Source: Candidatus Krumholzibacteriia bacterium (GTDB lineage: Bacteria > Krumholzibacteriota > Krumholzibacteriia > LZORAL124-64-63). Taken from it: DNA of 64,000 nt. The translations under genes and the position numbers were made by a program. Positions 50,205 to 58,466 of the stretch are shown here, one piece after another; the first letter of the stretch is position 1; every line of letters begins with the position of its first letter. A model generated the notes under the pieces. That model was not told where the DNA came from and did no database searches. It saw nothing but the letters and a program-made list of their open reading frames with translations. The stretch covers positions 88-64,087 of the forward strand of contig JAYRFB010000199.1 of assembly GCA_041908585.1 (NCBI GenBank), read 5' to 3'.

Positions 50205-52268
50205 TCAGCGGCCCTGCATCTCCCTGAGCAGGTGGCCGGCCTCGTAGAGGTCGCGCAGCGCCAGCGCAATGGCGGCCGCGTGCACCGAGACCGCGCGGTT
50301 CGTGGTCTCGTCGTAGACGAAGTTCCCGGCCAGGCTCTCGAGGTTGCCGTCGAAGACCAGGCCGACCAGTCGGCCCTCGCGGTCCACCACCGGCGAGCCG
50401 GAATTGCCGCCGGTGATGTCGCAGGTGCTCACGAAGTTGAGCGGCGTGGAGAGGTCGAGCCCGTCCAGGCGGTCGCGGAAGCGCCGCGGCAGCTCGTAGG
50501 GGGGCTGCGACCCGAACGACTCGGCGCGGTCGACCAGGCCGTGGAAGGTCGTGAAGGCGGGCACGCGCGTGCCGCCCGACGGGTAGCCCAGCACGCGCCC
50601 GTACGACAGGCGCAGCGTGAACGTGGCGTCGGGCGCCGCCTTCCGGCCGAAGATCGCGAAGCGCGCGGCGCCGAGCAGTTCGCCCCCGGCCCGGGCCGGG
50701 CCCTCCACGTTCTCCCTCAGCCAGGCCTCCTGCTCGCGCAGCAGCGGATCCAGGTCCCGCGCCAGGACCACCAGCGGATCGGTGCTCGCCGCGACGGCGT
50801 CGGGGCCGCCGTCGATCAGTGCCTGGCGCGCGGCCGGATCGGCCAGGCCGGTGCCGGCGACCAGAGCGGCCGCGCGTTCGGCCGGATCCATCCCCGCCAG
50901 CGCAGCTTCCCGGAACGGGTCTCCCGGCTCCAGGTCGGTTGCCAGCCGACGGAGCGACCGCTCGAGGAGGTACTGCTCCAACTCGGGGAAGACCGGCGCC
51001 GGCGAAAGCAGCCGGAAGCGCTGGCGCCGCAGTTGCGCCTCATGGTAGCCCTCGAGGCGCTCGCCGTCGGGCTTCTGCACCTCGGCCACGTAGCGCACCA
51101 GCGCCTGCGCCGTGCGCGCGAGCCCGAATCGCGGCATCGTGCGGCCCTCCACTTCGCGCAGGCGCGACAGGCGGGCCTGCTCCGCCTGCTCGATGAGCGA
51201 CCATGCCCGGCCGAATCGCTCCTGCAGTCGCGGCTCGGCCGCCAGGCGCGCGCGGAAGTCTGCTTCCTCGGCTTCCTTGCGCGCCCAGATGGCAGGATCC
51301 AGCAGCCCCCGGTACTCGCCCTGCCGCGACTTGCGCCCGTTGCTCAGGCCCATCAGCAATCCGCCGGCCTGGCGCGCCTGTTCGGGACCGCGCGCCGCGT
51401 ACGCCTGCAGCGCGTCGATCGCCTCGTCGAGGAACTTCTCGGAGCGGGGGAACGTGTGGTCGCGCCGCACCTGGAGCTGGGCCAGTGTCAGCAGGCGCTC
51501 CGTGCTGCCGGGGTGCCCGGGGACGAAGACCAGGTCGCCTTCGCGGGCGCCCTCCACGTGCAGCGGGAGCCAGGCCGGGCTCGACAGCGGTCGTCCGTCC
51601 TCGTAGACACGGAACATCGCCAGGTCCAGGTCGTGCCGCGGGAACGTGAAGTTGTCGTCGTCGCCGCCGAAGTAGGCCGCCTGCGCCTCCGGGGCGAACA
51701 CGAGCCGCACGTCGGTGAAGCTGCGATAACGGTACAGCCAGTATTCGCCGCCGCCGTACAGCTTGACGATGTCCGACTGCAGCCCCGTCGCCTCCTGGCT
51801 GGCCCGCGCGATCTCGGCACAGGCCGCCTCGCGCGCCGCCACGGCCGCGGCCCCGGTCGCGTCGGCCGGCAGGGCGGCCAGCACCTGTGCCGTCACGTCC
51901 TCGTACGACTGGAGGATGACGACCTCCAGGTCCGGGCACTTCAGCTCCTGGGCGCGCGTGCGCGCGACGAAGCCGTCCTCCACGTAGTCGCGCTCCGGCG
52001 TCGACAGCTTCTGCTGCTGTCCCTGCGCGACATGGGCGTTGGTCAGCACCAGCCCGTCCGGGCTGACGAACGAGCCGGAGCCCCCGCCGATGCGCACGCA
52101 CGAGCGCTGCAGGTGCTCCAGCCACTGCGGTGTCACCGCGAAGCCGTACCGCTCCCGGAGCTGCGCCGCGGGCGGGTTGTCGAAGGTCCACATGCCCTCG
52201 TCGGCCAGGGCAGGACAGGCGAGCAGGGACAGCGCGGCCAGGGCGGCGCGCAGCGGGAAGCGAGACAT
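50205..52268 (-). CDS. Peptidase S46 (dipeptidyl-peptidase 7/11-like)
   Basis: The signal peptide is followed by ADEGMWTFDNPP. Other motifs are GSGSFVSPDGLVLTNAHVA and the catalytic Ser region TCDITGGNSGSPVV. Confidence 0.88.
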   Translation of the reverse strand: MSRFPLRAALAALSLLACPALADEGMWTFDNPPAAQLRERYGFAVTPQWLEHLQRSCVRIGGGSGSFVSPDGLVLTNAHVAQGQQQKLSTPERDYVEDGFVARTRAQELKCPDLEVVILQSYEDVTAQVLAALPADATGAAAVAAREAACAEIARASQEATGLQSDIVKLYGGGEYWLYRYRSFTDVRLVFAPEAQAAYFGGDDDNFTFPRHDLDLAMFRVYEDGRPLSSPAWLPLHVEGAREGDLVFVPGHPGSTERLLTLAQLQVRRDHTFPRSEKFLDEAIDALQAYAARGPEQARQAGGLLMGLSNGRKSRQGEYRGLLDPAIWARKEAEEADFRARLAAEPRLQERFGRAWSLIEQAEQARLSRLREVEGRTMPRFGLARTAQALVRYVAEVQKPDGERLEGYHEAQLRRQRFRLLSPAPVFPELEQYLLERSLRRLATDLEPGDPFREAALAGMDPAERAAALVAGTGLADPAARQALIDGGPDAVAASTDPLVVLARDLDPLLREQEAWLRENVEGPARAGGELLGAARFAIFGRKAAPDATFTLRLSYGRVLGYPSGGTRVPAFTTFHGLVDRAESFGSQPPYELPRRFRDRLDGLDLSTPLNFVSTCDITGGNSGSPVVDREGRLVGLVFDGNLESLAGNFVYDETTNRAVSVHAAAIALALRDLYEAGHLLREMQGR

Positions 52269-52376
52269 GAGGTCCGTCTCCGATCCGGCAGGGTGCGACC
52301 GGGCTCGGGCGTCCCTCGCGCCGCCCGGTCGCCGAAAACGATAGCTCACGGGTGGGCGCGGCGGTAGTCTGGGCCG

Positions 52377-52967
52377 ATGCCGATCACCCTGGCCACCCGG
52401 CTCGAACCGTTTCCCGCGATCGCCGGCGCTCCCGCCGGCTCGGTGGTCGCGCGCCTCGAGCGTGGTCGCGACGAGCTGCGATACCGCCTGGAGATGGCCG
52501 TTCCCGGCCTCCGGCTGCCGCCCGCGGCCGTGGGCGGCGGCGACCGCCGCGACGGGCTGTGGCGCCGCACCTGCGCCGAGCTGTTCGTCGGCATCCCGGG
52601 CCGCCGCGGCTACCTGGAGTGGAACCTCGCGCCTTCCGGCGACTGGAACCTCTACCGCTTCGACGACTACCGGGTGCGCGCGGGCGAGGCGCCGCCGTGG
52701 GCGACGCCGGACCTGAGGGTGGAGCACACCGGCGACGGTGCGATCATCGAGGCCACGCTGCCGCTGGCGCCGTTCGGCCTGGCAGCCGCGCCGCTCGAAC
52801 TTGCTGCCTGCGCCGTCGCCGAGGCGGCGGACGGCGTCCTGTCCTGGTGGGCCGCCCGCCATCCCGCGGAACGCCCCGATTTCCACGACCGGCGCGGCTT
52901 CGTCCTGCGCCTGCCGGTCGCACCGCCGTCGGGACCGCCGTCCCGCGAACCGGAGGAGACCCCGTGA
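52377..52967 (+). CDS. DOMON-like domain protein (function unknown)
   Basis: LWRRTCAELFVG...YLEWNLAPSGDWNLYRFDDYR resembles the cytoplasmic DOMON-like family. The assignment is from memory only. Confidence 0.55.
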   Translation: MPITLATRLEPFPAIAGAPAGSVVARLERGRDELRYRLEMAVPGLRLPPAAVGGGDRRDGLWRRTCAELFVGIPGRRGYLEWNLAPSGDWNLYRFDDYRVRAGEAPPWATPDLRVEHTGDGAIIEATLPLAPFGLAAAPLELAACAVAEAADGVLSWWAARHPAERPDFHDRRGFVLRLPVAPPSGPPSREPEETP

Positions 52968-53659
52968 GCCGACCGTATCCCACCCTGGCGGCCGCAGCCG
53001 CCGCGCTGACCCTGCTGGCAACCGCGCCGGCGCAGGCCGTCCTGCCGTCGGCCGACCAGCCGGTGCGCAATCTCTTCCTGGTCCGGCACGGCGAGTACGT
53101 GCACGACGATAACTGCGACGAGGAGGTCGGCTGCGGCCTGGATGCCCTGGGACGCGAGCAGGCCCGGCTGGTGGCGGCGCGGCTGGACGGCTTGCCGCTG
53201 GCGTTCACTTCGCTGCAGAGCAGCCCCATGACGCGGGCCCGGGAGACCGCGACGATCATCGCCGCGCAGTTCCCGGAACTGGCGCACCGGATCGAGGGCG
53301 ATATCCGCGAGTGCACGCCGACCACCCGCCGCCAGGACGTCATGGCCGGGCTGAAGCCGGGTGAAGCCGGGGAGTGCGACGCCCAGCTCGCGGCGGCGGC
53401 CGCGCGCCTGCTGGTGCCCGCCACCGAAGGCGCCGACCAGAACGACATCGTCGTCTGCCACGGCAACGTCATCCGCTGGCTGGTCTGCCGGGCGCTGGAC
53501 GTGGATCCGCAGGCCTGGCTGGGCATGAGCATCGCCAATTGCAGCCTGACCGTCATCCAGGTGAAGGCGGACGGCTCCTGCAAGCTGGTCGCGTTCGCCG
53601 ACAGCGGGCACATCCCGTGGTCGCAGACGACCTACCCCGGCGTGACCTGGAAGCCGTGA
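52964..53659 (+). CDS. Secreted histidine phosphatase (phosphoglycerate-mutase-like) family protein
   Basis: GTGA overlap with the upstream stop, with a GGAGGA RBS. The signal peptide is followed by LFLVRHGEY (RHG motif) and a C-terminal VVCHGNVIRWL. Confidence 0.8.
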   Translation: MSRPYPTLAAAAAALTLLATAPAQAVLPSADQPVRNLFLVRHGEYVHDDNCDEEVGCGLDALGREQARLVAARLDGLPLAFTSLQSSPMTRARETATIIAAQFPELAHRIEGDIRECTPTTRRQDVMAGLKPGEAGECDAQLAAAAARLLVPATEGADQNDIVVCHGNVIRWLVCRALDVDPQAWLGMSIANCSLTVIQVKADGSCKLVAFADSGHIPWSQTTYPGVTWKP

Positions 53660-53693
53660 CCGGAGGCCGGCCCCGGCGATCGCCCGCCGCGGC

Positions 53694-54761
53694 TCACCAG
53701 CCCCGCAGGTACTGCGGGGGCACCGGTGGCGTGGCGCCCAGCTCGCGGGCGGCCTGCAGCGGCCAATGCGGCTCGCGCAGCAGCGCGCGGCCCAGCAGGA
53801 CCAGGTCGGCGCGTCCCTCACGGACGATCTCCTCCGCCTGCGCCGGCGTCGTGACCAGCCCGACGGCGCCGGTCGCCACGCCCGCCTCGCGGCGGAGGCG
53901 TTCGGCGAAACGCACCTGGTAGCCGGGCCCCACCGGCACCACCGCGTCGGGCACCGCCCCGCCCGACGAGCAGTCGACCAGGTCGCAGCCCAGCGCGGCC
54001 AGCTCACGGGCCAGGGCCACGGACTGGTCCTCGTCCCAGCCGCCTTCGACCCAGTCGGTGCAGGAGAGGCGGACCCACATGGGCAACCGGTCGGGCCACT
54101 GTGCGCGGATGGCGGCCACCACCTCGCGCACCAGCCGCGTGCGGCCGGCGAAGTCGCCGCCCCAGCGGTCGTGGCGCCGGTTGGTCAAGGGCGAGAGGAA
54201 CTGGTGCAGAAGGTAGCCGTGGGCGGCGTGGACCTCGACCAGCTGCGCCCCGGCCTCGAGGGCGCGCCGGGCGGCCGCCCCGAAGGCGGAGATGACCGTG
54301 GCGATGCCGGCCTCGTCCAGCTCGCGGGGCACGGCATGGCCCGGCGCGAAGGGCAGCGCGCTCGGCGCCACTATCGCGTCCCAGCCACCCTCGTTCGCAC
54401 CCACCGGCCGGCCGCCCCGCCACGGCGGCAGCGTCGAGGCCTTGCGGCCGGCGTGCGCCAGCTGGATCCCGGGCACGCAGCCCTGCGCAGCCACGAAGGC
54501 GAACACGCGCCGCAGCGGCTCCACCTGTCCGTCGTCCCACAGGCCCAGGTCGTCCGGGCTGATGCGGCCCTCGGGCCGCACCGCCGTCGCCTCGGCGAGC
54601 AGGGCGCCCAGCCCGCCGGCGGCGCGGCTGCCCAGGTGCGCCAGGTGCCAGTCGGTGGCCCTTCCCTCGACGGCCGAATACTGGCACATCGGGGCCATGA
54701 CCAGGCGATTGCGCAGCGTCAGGCCGCGCTGGACCAGGGGCGTGAACAGGTGCGGGGTCAT
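53694..54761 (-). CDS. NADH:flavin oxidoreductase, Old Yellow Enzyme family (YqjM/NamA-like)
   Basis: Motifs present: LRNRLVMAPMCQYSA, HAGRK, VEVHAAHGYLLHQFLSPLTNRR, and GRALLREPHWP. Confidence 0.9.
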   Translation of the reverse strand: MTPHLFTPLVQRGLTLRNRLVMAPMCQYSAVEGRATDWHLAHLGSRAAGGLGALLAEATAVRPEGRISPDDLGLWDDGQVEPLRRVFAFVAAQGCVPGIQLAHAGRKASTLPPWRGGRPVGANEGGWDAIVAPSALPFAPGHAVPRELDEAGIATVISAFGAAARRALEAGAQLVEVHAAHGYLLHQFLSPLTNRRHDRWGGDFAGRTRLVREVVAAIRAQWPDRLPMWVRLSCTDWVEGGWDEDQSVALARELAALGCDLVDCSSGGAVPDAVVPVGPGYQVRFAERLRREAGVATGAVGLVTTPAQAEEIVREGRADLVLLGRALLREPHWPLQAARELGATPPVPPQYLRGW

Positions 54762-54859
54762 CGACGGTGTCCTTTCCGGGTTGCGGCGGCGCGGCGCCAG
54801 GTGCGGCCGGTCGGCGGACCTGCGGATTCCGGGGGCGCGCGGCGCCTCTGCATCCTATC

Positions 54860-55402
54860 ATGGCGCGAACGCCACGCCGACCCCTGACCGCGCCCGTGCG
54901 GGCGCCGCCGGAGGCCATCGCCTTGCTCCAGCAGATCCTGATCATCGTGGTTGCCCTTGGGGGCGTCACGCTCGGCGCCGAGCTCCTGGTGCGCGGCGCC
55001 TCGCGCCTGGCGCTGCGCGCGGGCGTCTCTTCGCTGTTCGTCGGGCTGACCATCGTCGGCTTCGGCACGTCTTCGCCCGAGCTGGGCGCCAGCCTGACCG
55101 CGACGCTGCGCCAGTCATCGGACGTGGCGCTGGGGAATGTCGTCGGGTCGAACATCTTCAACATCGGCGTGATCCTGGGGCTGACGGCGCTGCTGCAGCC
55201 GATCCGGGTGCAGCTGTCGGCCGTGCGCAGGGACCTGCTGGTGGCCACGGGCGCGGCCCTGGTGCCGTGGCTGGCGCTGCCGTTCGCCGGCTTCATCCCG
55301 CGACCGGCGGGCCTCGCGCTCGTGGCGCTGCTGGTCGCGTACCTCGTCGGCGCCTACCGCCAAGCGCGCCGGGCGGCCGCCGCCGAGGTGCAACTGGTCT
55401 AG
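54860..55402 (+). CDS. yrbG: CaCA (YrbG-like) cation/Ca2+ antiporter, N-terminal half (alpha-1 repeat), ending at an in-frame TAG
   Basis: Motifs GFGTSSPELGASL and GNVVGSNIFNIGVILG are present. The frame stops at TAG 55400-55402 within the expected central loop. Confidence 0.6.
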   Translation: MARTPRRPLTAPVRAPPEAIALLQQILIIVVALGGVTLGAELLVRGASRLALRAGVSSLFVGLTIVGFGTSSPELGASLTATLRQSSDVALGNVVGSNIFNIGVILGLTALLQPIRVQLSAVRRDLLVATGAALVPWLALPFAGFIPRPAGLALVALLVAYLVGAYRQARRAAAAEVQLV

Positions 55403-55408
55403 CAGGAG

Positions 55409-55891
55409 ATGCGTCCGGCGCACCGGGCAGCGCGCGGGGCCGTCATCAGGGACGTGGCGCTGGTCGTGGCCGGTCTGGCGCTGCTGGTGCTCGGCTCGCG
55501 CGGGTTCGTCGACGCGGCGATCGGTATCGCGCGGCAGATCGGCTGGTCGGAGCTGGTCATCGGGCTGACCCTGGTGTCGGCCGGCACGTCGCTGCCGGAG
55601 CTGGTGACCTCGCTCGTCGCGATGCGACGCGGCAACACCGACATCGCGGTGGGCAACGTCATCGGCTCGAACATCTTCAACGCGCTGGGCATTGTCGGCG
55701 TCTGCGCCACCGTGGCCCCGCAGGCCGTGGCATGGAGCCTGGTTATCCGCGACACGCCGATCATGCTGGCGGCGTCGCTCGCGCTCCTGCCGATCATGCG
55801 CTCGGGCGGGCGCATCTCGCGTCTCGAGGGAGGTTTGCTGCTGGGCGCGTACATCGCGTACGTCGCCTACCTGATCCTGACGGGCGGCTAG
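55409..55891 (+). CDS. yrbG: CaCA (YrbG-like) antiporter, C-terminal half (alpha-2 repeat), in the same frame as the N-terminal half
   Basis: This half starts at ATG 55409, two sense codons after the TAG. Motifs SAGTSLPELVTSL and GNVIGSNIFNALGIVG are present. AGGAG abuts the ATG with zero spacing. Confidence 0.6.
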   Translation: MRPAHRAARGAVIRDVALVVAGLALLVLGSRGFVDAAIGIARQIGWSELVIGLTLVSAGTSLPELVTSLVAMRRGNTDIAVGNVIGSNIFNALGIVGVCATVAPQAVAWSLVIRDTPIMLAASLALLPIMRSGGRISRLEGGLLLGAYIAYVAYLILTGG

Positions 55892-55925
55892 CTCCGGCGA
55901 CCCCGCCGGACCGGATGCGCGGCGC

Positions 55926-56420
55926 TCAGCCGTCCAGCCGCCGGCAGTACGTGTACTTGGCGTCGCCCGGCGCGTAGAAGTCCGCGAACACTCCCGCCGT
56001 CGCGTAGCCGCTCCGCTCGTAGAAGGCGCGCGTGGAGGCGTACTGCGCCTTGCCGCTGGTCTCGGCGTAGAGCGCCAGGCCGCCGTTCTCCCGCGCGCGA
56101 CGTTCTGTCTCCCGCAAGAGGCGCCGGCCCAGTCCGGCGCCCTGGCCGGATGGGTGCACCGCGATCCAGTACAGGTCCCAGCTCACCGTCGAGCACGGCA
56201 CCCGGCCGTAGCAGCTGTAGCCCGCCAGGCGGCCCTGTCCGTCGTCCGCGAAGAGGAACTCGTAGCCGGCCGCGGCGCCGCGCGCCAGCGCCTCGGCCAC
56301 GAGCTCGGCCGCGATGCCGACCTCCTCGTCGCTGAAGTAGCCGGTGTCGCGCACCAGCCCGCGCACGGCCTCGACATCCGTGGGCCGCACCTGGTCGCGG
56401 AAGAGGATGGTGTCGCTCAT
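55926..56420 (-). CDS. GNAT-family N-acetyltransferase
   Basis: The acetyl-CoA motif IAVHPSGQGAGLGRRLL is present, followed by YERSGY. Confidence 0.85.
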   Translation of the reverse strand: MSDTILFRDQVRPTDVEAVRGLVRDTGYFSDEEVGIAAELVAEALARGAAAGYEFLFADDGQGRLAGYSCYGRVPCSTVSWDLYWIAVHPSGQGAGLGRRLLRETERRARENGGLALYAETSGKAQYASTRAFYERSGYATAGVFADFYAPGDAKYTYCRRLDG

Positions 56421-56456
56421 GTCGGTCAGGCTCCGGTCCGTTTCCCGTGGTAATGC

Positions 56457-57446
56457 TCAGCGCCGTGCCGTGGCGACGATGCGCGCGATGGCCTCGGCGA
56501 ACGGGATCCCTGCCCGCTCCAGCGCCGCGGCGAAGCCCGCGTCGGGCGACAGGCAGGGATTCGCGTTCACTTCGAGGATGAAGGGGCGGCCCTGCGCGTC
56601 GACGCGGAAATCCACGCGCGCCCAGCCCCGCAGGCGGAACAGGCGCCAGCAGGCCAGGGCCAGGCGCGTCATCTCGGCGGCCAGCGCCTCGTCCCCGGCC
56701 GGCAGGTCGAAGCGGCGCACGGTGTGGCGGTACTCGAACGAGTCCTCGTGCCACTTGGCCGCGTAGCCGACGATGCGCGGCTTGCCTTCGGGGAAGCCGT
56801 CGAAGGTGATCTCGGCCGGGGGCAGCACCTCGGGACCGTCGGGGCCGTCGAGCAGGCCCAGGTTGAACTCGCGGCCCTCGACGAACGCCTCCGCGAACCA
56901 CGGCGAGCCGGGCCGGCCCTCGCGGCGGGCCAGTTCGGCGCGGGCGGCAGCCGCGCCGCCGTCGACCACGGCGCCGTCGTCCATGCCCAGCGAGGCGTCC
57001 TCCCAGACCGACTTCACGATCCAGCGCGAATCCTGCCCGGCGCCCGGGTCGGCGGCGGCGTCGGCCAGCCCGTCGCCCAGCCAGTCGGGCGTGGGCAGCC
57101 CGGCCCGCCGCAGCAGCCCCTTGGCCAGCACCTTGTGGGAGGTGAGGAAGATCGCCTCGGCCGGGCATCCGGCCATCGGCACGCGCAGGGCCTCAAGCAC
57201 GCCCGGCGCCAGGTGGATGAGGCGCCCGTGGCCCTCCAGCCCCTCCACGAGGCTGAAGACCAGGTCCGGCGTGGCGCCACTGAGCGAGAAGGCCAGCGAC
57301 TCGAGGTCCAGGTCGCAGCCCCACGGCTCGACCACATGGCCCAGGGCGATGAGCGCTTCGCCCACCGCCTCGACCTGCACCAGGACGTCCATCTCGTCCG
57401 GCGCGGCGTCCGCCGGCACGCGGTTGTGCAGGATCACGATCCGCAT
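56457..57446 (-). CDS. ATP-grasp ligase (Ddl-like), paralogue 2
   Basis: Motifs: MRIVILHN at the N-terminus, DLVFSLVEG, WIVKSVWEDASLG, AEAFVEGREFNLGLL and FILEVNANPCLS. Confidence 0.8.
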   Translation of the reverse strand: MRIVILHNRVPADAAPDEMDVLVQVEAVGEALIALGHVVEPWGCDLDLESLAFSLSGATPDLVFSLVEGLEGHGRLIHLAPGVLEALRVPMAGCPAEAIFLTSHKVLAKGLLRRAGLPTPDWLGDGLADAAADPGAGQDSRWIVKSVWEDASLGMDDGAVVDGGAAAARAELARREGRPGSPWFAEAFVEGREFNLGLLDGPDGPEVLPPAEITFDGFPEGKPRIVGYAAKWHEDSFEYRHTVRRFDLPAGDEALAAEMTRLALACWRLFRLRGWARVDFRVDAQGRPFILEVNANPCLSPDAGFAAALERAGIPFAEAIARIVATARR

Positions 57447-57473
57447 GCGGCGGCGCCTTCCGTCAGGGAGGAC

Positions 57474-58466
57474 TCAGCGATGGGCCGGCGCGACCCTCGC
57501 GGCGGCCGACTCGACGATGCGCCCGATCAGCTCGTCGTACGGCAGGCCCGCCATCCGGCAGATGATCGGCAGGTCCGAGTGCCCGGGATGCAGCCCGGCC
57601 AGCGGGTTGAGCTCCATGAGCTGCGGCTCGCCGTGCGCATCGCAGCGCAGGTCCAGCCGGCCACCGTCGCGACAGCCCAGCAGCCTCCAGGCGGCCAGCG
57701 CCACCGCTTCGGCCTTCGCCACCACGGGATCCTGCGCGGTGACCAGGCGGTACTGCACGCGGTCCTCCCACAGTTCCTTGTTGGCGTAGGTGTAGGCGCC
57801 CGGCTCGGCGCGCTCGCCCAGGATCACCTCCATGGTGCCGACCACGCGCGCCGCGTCGCCCGTTCCGGTGATGCCGGTGGTCAGCTCGCGCCCCGGCAGG
57901 TAGGTCTCCACCAGCACGGGCTGCCGGAACCGCGCCAACAGCTGTTCGCAGGTGGCGCGCAACGCATCCGGCGAGCGCACCAGCGAGGCGCCGTCGACGC
58001 CCTTGCCCGTGCCCTCGGCCAGCGGCTTGCAGAACAGCGGATACGGAAGGTCCACGGCCGCGATGTCCGCCGGCGCGTGCACCTCGCGGAAATCGGGTGT
58101 CGGCAGGCCGCCGTCGCGCAGCACGCGCTTGGTCAGGCCCTTGTGCAGCGTCAGCGCCAGCACCAACGCATCGCTGAACGTGCAAGGGATGGCGTACGCG
58201 TCCAGCAGCGCCGGCACCTGGGCCTCGCGGGCGACGCCGTGCAGGCCCTCGGCGATGTTGAAGACCAGGTCCCAGCGATCGCCGGCGACCAGTCGCCCGG
58301 CCAGCGCCTTGACGTGGCCGATGCGGTCGGTCTCGTGGCCCAGCCGGCGCAGCGCCCCCTCGATGGCCTCGACCGTGTCGGGCTGGTCGAACTCCGCGGT
58401 CTCCTCCGCCGTGAAGCCCATCGCCAGGTAGTCGTCGCGCAGGTCGTAGGTCAGGCCGATCCTCAC
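57474..58466 (-). CDS. ATP-grasp ligase (Ddl-like), paralogue 1
   Basis: The GTG start overlaps the kamA stop (GTGA), with GGAGG 9 nt upstream. Motifs: VRIGLTYDL, DLVFNIAEG, YPLFCKPLAEGTGKG, VETYLPGRELTTGI and QLMELNPLAGL. Confidence 0.8.
   Translation of the reverse strand: MRIGLTYDLRDDYLAMGFTAEETAEFDQPDTVEAIEGALRRLGHETDRIGHVKALAGRLVAGDRWDLVFNIAEGLHGVAREAQVPALLDAYAIPCTFSDALVLALTLHKGLTKRVLRDGGLPTPDFREVHAPADIAAVDLPYPLFCKPLAEGTGKGVDGASLVRSPDALRATCEQLLARFRQPVLVETYLPGRELTTGITGTGDAARVVGTMEVILGERAEPGAYTYANKELWEDRVQYRLVTAQDPVVAKAEAVALAAWRLLGCRDGGRLDLRCDAHGEPQLMELNPLAGLHPGHSDLPIICRMAGLPYDELIGRIVESAAARVAPAHR

Noticed and set aside
55400-55402. The in-frame TAG in the yrbG-like gene read as pyrrolysine.
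   Set aside because: No pyl genes are visible here. The position is in a loop and not a catalytic site. TAG also serves as an ordinary stop elsewhere in the window (for example 244-246 and 6615-6617). A nonsense mutation, a split gene or an assembly error are simpler explanations.
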